A DNA stretch of 64,000 bases from Octopus vulgaris (lineage: Eukaryota). Positions 53,693 to 64,000 of this stretch are shown here, piece by piece. Made by a program: the position numbers and the translations under genes. The notes below the pieces were generated by a model. That model saw nothing but the letters and a program-made list of their open reading frames with translations, searched no databases and was not told where the DNA came from. How positions within the stretch are numbered: position 1 is the stretch's first letter; each line of letters starts with the position of its first letter. Location: assembly GCA_951406725.2 (NCBI GenBank), contig OX597818.1, forward strand, positions 33,356,001-33,420,000. The letters run 5' to 3'.

Positions 53693-54355
53693 TCTAATTA
53701 CTCTCTCTAATATTAACATCGTTTCCAGTCATATACTGAAACCAGCATTTAGGGAGTATAGACAATGCTTCGGAATATTTGATCTGGTACATTTGTCAGA
53801 AATCGTTATAAATATAACAAATATTTACAATTGCAATTGCTGTTGGTCCAGTTCATTTCATTTGTTGTTTCTTTGTAGGTAGAACATCACAGTATTAATA
53901 ATGTATATCTTATAGGTAGAAATCAAAACTCCCGTTACACGCATCACATCCTAATCCAGACACAGTCTTAACATCTGTTTGCTGTAAGGTTTACAGTTAT
54001 TAGTATTAAATCATGTCAGTTTCATAACTTCTAAAGATTTGTTAGAGAAGTGGCAACTCTTCATATTTCGTTATTTATGAAAACTTTCGTGAAAATAAAT
54101 TTGGGGTGGAGAAAGTACGTCAAATGTTTGAGTTATTTAATAGGTTTACCGAGAAAAGGGGAAGTAGGACACGGAATGGAAATAATAAAATAGAAACATG
54201 AAATAAAGAAATAAAACAAAAATAAACAAAGAAAAATAGTCCATCTGTTTGAAATGAAAATGTTGGCAGATGTTAACATTTAGTCGCTTAAATATGTATT
54301 TCATTAGCATTGAACATTATTTCATGTTAACTTATATAATACCGAATCGCTATTT

Positions 54356-54391
<36 letters not shown>

Positions 54392-54414
54392 GCATGCGCA
54401 CACTCGCATACACA

Positions 54415-54556
54415 TACGTGGTATGATCAATAAGTATCCGGACTGTTGCCATAGTAATGAAGCGAAAGCATGCAGAGTAATGCCGCTTGGAACAGATTGA
54501 CCGTGAATGCTGCCGTGCATGCGCACTAAGTTTTGACGTTCTAGCTCACTGTTTCT
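54415..54556 (+). mobile_element. Mariner left-end fragment (same family as 31250)
   Basis: TACGTGGTATGATCAATAAGTATCCGGACTGTTGCCAT...AAGTTTTGACGTTCTAGCTCACT shared with 31250-31385. Confidence 0.7.
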
Positions 54557-54697
54557 CATGTTCACCACATATTTTGTGGCAATCTCCTGTTCCTAGATTG
54601 CAAACGAATAGCCTTCAAAGTGTGATGTAGTGGCTTGTGTCGAAGGGAGGCTGCGCTTCATGTCAATTCTACTGTCTTCTTCAAGCTGATGTAGTAC

Positions 54698-54797
54698 TAG
54701 AATCCTGATATAGTACACATCCCAAGAAAAAAAGTCGCGAACAAACGTGGATATGTTCGCGGTTTTTTCTTGGGATTTCTACTATATCAGGATTCTA
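54698..54797. repeat. 100-nt near-perfect hairpin
   Basis: TAGAATCCTGATATAGTA..ATCCCAAGAAAAAA..CGCGAACA / TGTTCGCG..TTTTTTCTTGGGAT..TACTATATCAGGATTCTA. Confidence 0.9.
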
Positions 54798-55034
54798 ACC
54801 CTCATGGATATGCGCAGGATTACACCTAAGGACTTACGCTCATGTATCTACGCAAGATTGCGGCTAAGGACCCATGCTCTGGTTTCTATAACTTCGGAAA
54901 TTTGAACTATGAACTATGAACATTTATGCCTCTTTTTTTCTGCTCTCTTTCCATCTCATTCTTTTTCTCTCTTCCTCTATATCGTCATCTCATTAATATA
55001 TACCATTCTCATTTTCCATATTTTTTCCCTATTT

Positions 55035-55090
55035 GTCTCTGATGACAAAATATCCCATACCCGGGGATATCCCAGAAACAGCTGTAAGAT
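55035..55090 (+). ncRNA. Type I hammerhead ribozyme motif (base of stem II decayed)
   Basis: GTCT-CTGATGA-caaa ATATCCC atacccg GGGATAT ccca-GAAA-CAGCTGTA-AGAT; palindromic ACAGCTGT stem III, GUA triplet. Confidence 0.7.
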
Positions 55091-56339
55091 TTTGAATTTC
55101 TTCCTATAATAATATTGTATAAGACTTGAGACATTTTCTGTCCTGTTTAAGAATTATATATCCGCTCCATCGGAAATCTGCAATGGCTCCATAACTACCG
55201 TCTCGGCTATGACATTGGAGCCCTAGTAATCCATTACAGCACTTACCTAGCGTACCTAATCGCTTAGATCACCTGAGAACTAAACCCCAGACTTTATATG
55301 TGTGTGTGTATGCGTGTGTGTATACACATATGTATTCGAATAAACGTATGCATATATATGTTTTTTTTTGTAAACGTGTGACTGTGGTTGTGTGTGTCTA
55401 TGTGTGTGTGTGCGTGTATCGGCGCGCACACGTTTGAATGTTCAAATAATCCTTAACTTAGATTTGCATATGTACACAAACTTTCGTACATATACACCAC
55501 TTGTAGCCACATGAATTGGATTTAAACAACACAAAGCTATTGTACTATGATTGCCGAAACCACTATATGTCATTATTATTATTTTTTATTTTATATTATT
55601 TATTTATTGACATGCAGCACCCAATTCCTTATGTGGTTCTTTCGATTTCTAACTGTAATATCATCCAGTTTTTCGAATCCGATCATGACAACTTATATAT
55701 AGACACAACATCTTCTAGTCAGATAAAAAAAAAAAAAACATACTCACAGGCAACGATTTTTTCCGGGCACTATATGACGTATAAATCATACGCATATTTT
55801 CATTAAATTCAGATACATCTATTTGAGGGAAAATAACTTGGAACTCTGTCAAGGGCCGAATTATAGAAGCCTTAGCAGATATAAATTTTTTTCTTTTTCC
55901 ATATATCTATGCTTCGGAATTTCTTTCAGTCAATCATTGCCTCGGTATATTTTCTTCATCTCATTCCATTTATTCATCGTCGCTGCCTTTATATTACTCC
56001 CACCAAATAAGCCTTCTGCTGTCGTTTCACTTGTCTGTAGAGCAATATGATTTAATTATACGTTTTTTTTTTATACACTTGCACTACGATTGTTGAGAAA
56101 ATTATCATCCTGTCTCTTTTTTGCGACATCCATAATTGTCTTTTATCTCTGTCCTCGCCCTCTTGCAGCTTCTATTCATCTTTGCCTTGTTTTCTCTGCA
56201 CCTGCCACCTTCCCTACTTCCTCCTGCTTTTCTTCATTGTAGTCCTCATAATTCAAACTGCCTCCTATGCTACAGCTCCTCATTTCATCCCCTCTTCTTT
56301 AAAAGCCGCTTTTTTTATCATCATCATTGCCTGCTGCTG

Positions 56340-56905
56340 CTTCCTTTTCTTCTTCTTCTCTCTCTTCTTCTTCTTATTCTCATTCTTCTTTTTCTTCTTC
56401 TCTTTCTTCTTCGTCTTCTTCTTCTCATTTTTCTTTTTTTCTTCACTTTCTTCTCATTCTTCTTTTTCTTCTTCTCTTTCTTCTCTCCTCTTCCTCCTCC
56501 TCCTTCTTGTTCTTCTCCTCATTTCTCTTCCTTCTTCTCTTTCTTCTGCCTCTTCTCTTTCTTCTTCTCTCCTCCTCCTCCTCCTCCTCCTTCTTCTTCT
56601 TCTTCTCTTGCTCCTCTTTTTTCTTCTTCTTCCTTTTTTCTTCTTCTTCCCTGTTTCTTCTTTTTCCTCTTTTTTCTTCCTCTGATTCTTCTTCACTTCT
56701 CTTTCTTCTTCGTCGTCCTCTCCTTCTACCTCTTCTTCTTCTCTTTCTTCTTCTGCCTCTTCTTCTTCCTGTTTTCTTCTTTTTCTTCTCTTTTTTCTTC
56801 TCTTTCTTCTTCGTTTTCCTTTTCTTCCTCTTTTCTTTTTCTTCTCCACTTCCTCTCCCACTGCTACCACTACTGTTATTGCTGCTGCATCTGATGATGA
56901 TGATG
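56340..56905. repeat. Degenerate (TTC/TCC)n polypyrimidine tract
   Basis: Seen directly; source of the F/S/L- and K/R/E-rich spurious ORFs. Confidence 0.95.
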
Positions 56906-56969
56906 ACGAGAGGAGGAGTAGGAGGGTAAAAATTGCAGCCGCACATCCATACGATTAAGTCTACTTCTG

Positions 56970-57430
56970 GTGGATGATAACATGCTTTGTGTAGGAAAAA
57001 TACAAGAGATAAGGGTTGGAATAGGATTGGAGATCCTAAATGAAACGTTACCCAAGACACTGGATAGTATGCAGAACCTATTAGTAATCCCACGAGAGCA
57101 GAAATCGATGGTTATTTTGGAGAGTAGAAGAGTTGTATGCAGCAATTTTGGAAACGCCGATCACCTGTAGTATCTGCGAAAACAATGGCCTTAACTACTG
57201 CCAATACCTTAACTATGGCCTTAACTACAGTGCCAACAACTGCAACACGTACAAAACCAACATCAATAACAACACTGCTAACAACCGCGTGGAACCGCAG
57301 CAGAGGTGGCTGCAGTATAAGCTACAAAATTGCAACAACTTCATCAGAAACACCGGAAACAAAATCACGAAGAACAACTAAACATGCTTCTGTGTTTCGG
57401 ACTACTGAGAATACTGGTCTGCACTAGTGT
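56970..57430 (+). mobile_element. Possible decayed LINE ORF1 (gag-like) remnant
   Basis: VILESRRVVCSNFGNADHL resembles a degenerate V.VEGR..CxxCxxxxH knuckle, followed by a T-rich low-complexity tail. Confidence 0.25.
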
Positions 57431-57608
57431 AGCTAGGAAGAGGAGTTGGTGGTATGGGCGGTCCACCCCGGGCAGCAGACACTCTAGTTACGCTAGTGCT
57501 GGTATGGCGCGGCGAACGTGACGAGAAAGACTCTAATTAGCAAAAATTGTTCAATAGAAAGAAAAAGAAAAAGGAAAAAGAAAACAATCTTTAAACCATC
57601 AAAATATA

Positions 57609-57992
57609 TGGAAGCACTCCGTCGGTTACGACGACGAGGGTTCCGGTTGATCCGAATCAACGGAACAGCCTGCTCGTGAAATTAACGTGTAAGTGGCTGA
57701 GCACTCCACAGACACGTGTACCCTTAACGTAGTTCTCGGGATATTCAGCGTGACATAGAGAGTGACAAGGCCGGCCCTTTGAAATACAGGTACAACAGAA
57801 ACAGGAAGTAAGAGTGAGAGAAAGTTGTGGTGAAAGAGTACAGCAGGGATCACCACCATCCCCTGCCGGAGCCTCGTGAAGCTTTTAGGTGTTTTCGCTC
57901 AATAAACACTCACAAAGCCCGGTCTGGGAATCGAAACCGCGATCCTATGACCGCGAGTCCGCTGCCCTAACCACTGGGCCATTGCGCCTCCA
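57609..57992 (-). mobile_element. SINE family A, full length
   Basis: TSD CCATCAAAATATA at 57596-57608 and 57993-58005. Confidence 0.92.
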
Positions 57993-58499
57993 CCATCAAA
58001 ATATATATGGCGTGTTTGAAGGAAGAACGTACGTGCATTTAATCAACGATATACCAGCATCGCCTCAAATAGCAACGCCAAAAACCATTAAGAATTTTAT
58101 TACCACAAGCGCAATACAGGTATCACCAAGACTACAAACACAACCACAGCCTAATTCACAGCAACAGACAGAACATCCCCCGCAAAATCAACGAATAATA
58201 ATTGGGATGCATAACAACACGGCCATAGACACAAGAAATATTTAAAAAGTCTACTGTATCAGAACTATGAAATGCAAGCATTATAAAAGTTTATTACATA
58301 ACACGAAAAGATAACTTTCTTTTACTCTCTTTTTTAACTCTCTTTTACTTGTTTCATTGTCTTCCTAATGAATGTGATGAAGGTAAACCTGGTTTAACAT
58401 GTTTAAAAAAGAATTAGAATTTAGGATAACTTTATAAAATTCCTCTTCTGACAAAACAAAGTGTCCATAGACCCAACAGAGACTATAGTTTTGCAATAT

Positions 58500-59754
58500 T
58501 ACTTTATTCTTTTAGATTTACATGCTTATGCTTTTATCGCTTTCAAAGTATTCTCCATTTGAAGGAATGCATCGTTCCAGGTGAGTACGCCACTGTTCGA
58601 AGCAGTTCTGGATACGTCCATCGTTTTCTTCTTCACCTCTTCAACATCTGCAAAACGTTTTCCTTTAAGGACATTTTTCATTCGAGGAAACAAAAAAAAG
58701 TCGCTGTGAGCATGTTCGAGTGAATAGGGAGGGTGGTAAGCGGGGTCATGCTATTTTTATTCAAAAACTGTCACACTCAAGTGGGTGTGCGCAAGCGCAT
58801 TGTCATGATGAAACCACCACTCTTCATTTTGTCAGCATTCGGGGTGTTTACGCCTCACCGCGTCTTGCAGATGAGCTCAGAACTGCCAAGTAAAATGTCT
58901 GGTTAAGTTTTACCAGGTGAAACAAATCCTGTGTGGACAATTCCTTTCGCATCGATGAAACAAATCAGCATCACCTCGACATTAGACTTCACTTCACGCA
59001 CTTTTGGGGGGGCGTGGCGACATCGACTGCTTCCACTGACTTGATTGCTGCTTCATTTCCGGGTCGTAGCCGAAGCTCCATTTTTGATCACCAATGATGA
59101 ACTTCGAAAAAAGGTCCGGGTCAAATTCCATCTGTTCTTTCACTTCAAGACACGCACTCAATCGTGACTGCTTTTGATCTTCCGTGAGTAAGTGAGGCAC
59201 AAATTTTGCTGCAACTCTTTTCATTCGCAATTCCTAGCAGAAAATTCGTTGGTATGTGCTCCAGGACACAACAGTCATATCAACAAATTCGTCAATTGTT
59301 CGGCGAAGGTCCTCCAACATCAGTTCTTGAATTTTTGTAATGTTTTCATTCGTTTGGGAGGTTGATAGTTACCCTGAACAAGAGCGATCTTCAATCGACA
59401 AGGGACAATTCCTAAAGCGTGAAAAGCACTCTTAAATTTGTGGTTTCCTCATAGCAGCGTTCTAGTGAGCTATCTATGGCATGACAACTGTTTTTGCTAC
59501 CGTCTTCCCCGGCAGAAAACAGAATTTCATCGAAAGATTATGTTCCTTCGTTTCAGCCATTGCAAAGATCGAGAAACATGGAAGAAACACTGCAAAACAG
59601 ACGCGCCACGCTTTAATACGACTCCAGGCAACGACGTCGGTCAGCATACTGATGCCTGAGGGTCGCATCTAGTGGCTTTTAGCGCCTGAAGACTGAACTA
59701 CAACGGGCTTGTCCCGTAGAGAAGTTTCCAGTTACTTTTGGGTATCACCTTGTA
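58500..59754 (-). mobile_element. Near full-length decayed mariner transposon (DD34D transposase pseudogene)
   Basis: N-terminal MKFCFLPGKTVAKTV, AAKFVPHLLTEDQKQSR...FIIGDQKWSFGYDPEMKQQSSQW, C-terminal CFEQWRTHLERCIPSNGEYFE; terminus TACAAGGTGATACCCAAAAGT at 59754. Confidence 0.9.
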
Positions 59755-62274
59755 TAATCTTACCTTTATCTGAATTTTAAACATTGCTTTAAAAGATTGC
59801 TTATAAACATTGCTTTAAACATTATTTGTTACGTGCTTAATATTAAGTTGTTATTATCTAATGTTATGTTACTGGTGGCTAACGTATTCAGGATTTGCAT
59901 CTAGGAATTAGTGAGAGTTCACATTTTATTCTATACCCACTACTACCACTTAGAGCTGGTTTATACTGTACCAATTAGGGCATAAAATGTTAACATCTTG
60001 TACGCCAAAAATTTCCTCTAAGTGGGGTACCAATGCTGTAATAGTAGTTCTCTATGCAGCGGAAAATAATAGTCACTATAAAATAATTTTAAATGTGAAG
60101 TAATTTTCATACTAAATTTTGAGATGGAAAATGCCTCTGCCTGAGCAATACATTACAAGACTAAGTGAAGTGAATTTCAATAAAGAAATTTTTAAATGAA
60201 TGGGAAGTGAATGATGAATGATCAAAAACTGTGACTAAATGATTTTTTATTGCAAGACATGACTAAAAGTGTCCCACTTGTGACTGCAAAATACGTGATT
60301 AAGCAGAATATATGAAACATCATATGCCTGTTAGCTAAAAGAGAGAATATATACAGACATGAGAAGTGGAGCTTTCAGAGTATGGATATAACGCCAAGAA
60401 TTAGGAAATGAACACACAATGGAAAAGGAACAAAAGACGTCAAAAAACAGCAACCTGATCGTACATTGCCACATGTCAACTCATACAAGCCGGAAGATTA
60501 AGGCGAATCATTTAGATATTGTCAAATAAAAAGAAGAATGATCTGTAAAAATAAAAAGAACGTAAGCCCGTTACTTCAAGAAACAGTATCACATTGAGAA
60601 TTTTTAAGGAGATGCAGCTATATATATATAACGCAAAACCCAGTAGATTTGACTTATAAAATGTGTCCCATGCACAGCGTTCATTCTATGTATAGAACAT
60701 TTATGCAATAGGAAAGAAGACAACGGCAACAAAAACGAACCAAACATTATCTACCCGAGGCAGATGAAGCTTATGTTGAGTGGTGAAAGCACGCAATAAG
60801 AATAAGGTTACTGAATTAACAATACGAGAACATTGATCTAGCCTATTAAAGAAATATGGGAATGAGCTGGAGGAGAAGAATGTTATTGATAAATCTGGTG
60901 ATATTATTGGTGTAGATTATGACCTGAACATGACCGTAAGGGATAATGCTGTGCCTAGGAAATGTGAATATATGAGAGGAAGAAAGAGATTGACCGCAAG
61001 AGATTAAAGAAAGAAAAGGTGAAAAGACACAGTAGGAATGACTGATTTACTGAATGAATAACTGGATAAATCAATAAATATATCAATGAATGAAAGAAAA
61101 GTGAAAAAGAAATAATATAAAGCTCCGCGAATATTTAAGCAAAGAAATGTAAATTAAAATGAAAGAAAGGGAAAATAAACGAAATAGGAAAGAAACGGAA
61201 AAAAGAAAAAAAAAAGATAAAAGGAACGAAAGAATAATAAAGTGAAAAGGAAAAAATAACAGTTCTAATTTGAGAAATCTTTCATGAGTTATGGCAATTG
61301 AATTTCACGCAATTTGTCGAGTGAATGACCGTGTAAAGGAATGATGTTTGTGAGAAAAAAATATGGCGGACTAGAAACAAATATATATAAAGACATAAAA
61401 GGACGAAATATGAAAGAACATTAACTGTTAGAGAACGTTCAGCAGATGTGTATAAGATGCAAACGGAACTCATAATAACGACAAATATAAACAAATATAA
61501 ATGAATAATTAGGAAAATAAATCTGACGAAAATTCTGACAGCCGTCTTATAAATGCATAAGCATGATTCAATGAAAGAGAGGAGAGATAACATTGCAAAT
61601 TAAAATACATCTCTGTAAGATAAATATTCAGAGATAAATGTGTGCGTGTGTGTGTTACATATGTGAGTATGTATGTGTCTATGTATGGTTATGTATGACT
61701 ATGTGTTTGTGTATGTGTGTATGTACGTATGTGTGAATATGTTTTTGTGTGTATCTGAGTTATTGTGTGCATCTATGGATGTTTTCTAAAAAGACCACAC
61801 GTATTTGCACGCTTACTCAGAGGTACACGAACACGATAAATTGCTCATATCCTTCCATAGACATACATATGCATAAAAACACATACATATAAACACAAAG
61901 ATATATATGTATATAACTACATATAGGCATATACATATATACATACAACACATATACACACTCTCACACATGTATGCTTCCTTGTTGCAAAACTCTATGC
62001 AGGAGGAAAACATGAGCTACACAAGAACCGACAGGCTTTAGCGAATTCTATGTACATGATATCATGTGCACAGATTCTGTCGATCTGAGACTAAAGTAAA
62101 TGATACTGAGAAGGGGGACACTTACAGGGCCGACCTGGAGATTACATAGAAGCGAACTTACTAATCACAGAGAGTATCTACTTCCACATATATGTGCGTT
62201 TCTGCGTTACTATATATATATATATATATATATGAGTGTGTGTGTGCACCTTCCTACCTATCTACCTACATACC

Positions 62275-62820
<546 letters not shown>

Positions 62821-64000
62821 CATAGTGCATACATATATACGGTAAGATAGAGGTAGAGGCATAAGATCAGTCTAGAAATCTTTCAAGTGCCGCATCGTTC
62901 CACTTACACAACATCTACTGAACTGTAAAGATAGAAATATGTACATTGTGTCCATGCCTACCAGTGAAGGTGTTAATTACAGGTGATTAAACGGACAACT
63001 ACTCCTTAAGAAGTACTCTACGCGTACAGCTGCTTTATGTGAAACAAGAATGTCTGAACCGATTTGGTGAACCAGAATCTTACAAGAGATATAGTTATTA
63101 TGCCATTAGAAAGATATGCATAGCTACATATTCGTAGGGAAATAAAACTTTCGCACAATATTGCTTCTGAGTGTAAATTTAATTTCACATCTGGTCTACC
63201 TATTACTACAAAAATATTTTCTACATAACCCGAGCATATCCTACGTTATACAAAACACAGAGTTCACTGCACCGTAGATCACGAATGCCAACCACATTGA
63301 CAAGAATAGCAGTTCTCTCCTGGACCAGTGATAAATACCTCAAATGTTTCCTAGAAGACTATGGCTTTGCTATCCAGGAACAGGTGATATCTACAAAACC
63401 TGATCAACATAAGAGATAAGGATGCCCCTAAATTTCCTAACTTTGATTAAAAGTATCGAATGTGATTACCGATCTGGAAAATATTATTAATACCAACAGT
63501 GTCTATTCAAAAAATCCTTGTAAGATACCATCTTTCTATCAGATGAGACGCTACAATGCCGTACAAGGAAGGCAGCCTTGACTACCATACAAAAACCACA
63601 CCAGAACCAGAACGTATTCACACCTTTAGCAATAACCAGCACTGAGGTAATATTCCAATACCAACTACAATTCGGTATAAGTGCAACAAGCCAAAGATAA
63701 TTCTCTGAAACAGAGAACAAAGTTCGTGCACCGTCTATTCGAATATTGAAGAGCAGGAAATCATCTATAGAAAACTACTTAGACGTTTAAATCAATTATA
63801 CCAATAATATACCTTTTCATGTGTTAGTGTTATGCTAGGTGCACCTGGCTGCGTAGCAACAGATTTGTTATAGAAAGCTGGAATGCTTGGACTTTCCGAA
63901 AATGAACAGAGCAGACTAATTGGCATTTTCAGCTGCAATTGATTAAATAAATAGTGAAAATTTGTAAAATATTCTGTCTGAGGTGTCTGTGTGAAACTAT

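Noticed and set aside
56136-57093. Long ORFs of 138-252 aa
   Set aside because: Stop-free frames produced by a polypyrimidine low-complexity tract
57137-57427. Thr-rich mucin-like ORF as a host exon
   Set aside because: No convincing splice context or domain; more likely a low-complexity retroelement remnant

Overview
AT-rich eukaryotic genomic DNA that is extremely rich in microsatellites. The mix of tRNA-derived SINE families, simple repeats and transposons points to an octopus/cephalopod intron or intergenic region (an inference). I found no host protein-coding exon, and nearly all ORFs in the track are artefacts of microsatellites or SINEs. The window is made of three to four tRNA-headed SINE families (several with clear TSDs, one forming tandem arrays), fossil LINEs (CR1/L2-like, RTE, R4/Dong), Tc1/mariner remnants, MITE/Helentron-like elements and Penelope-like retroelement (PLE) pieces, including a GIY-YIG frame the ORF track missed. 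The most notable signal is a set of type I hammerhead ribozyme (HHR) motifs with very short palindromic stem III, a form known to cleave as dimers. One canonical-core HHR lies inside a non-coding 540-bp unit with a 102-bp terminal direct repeat (retrozyme-like, 12261-12902). A second lies at 55035-55090. A four-copy PLE terminal-repeat family carries a recurrent non-canonical core (CUGUNGA), and there are several decayed candidates.
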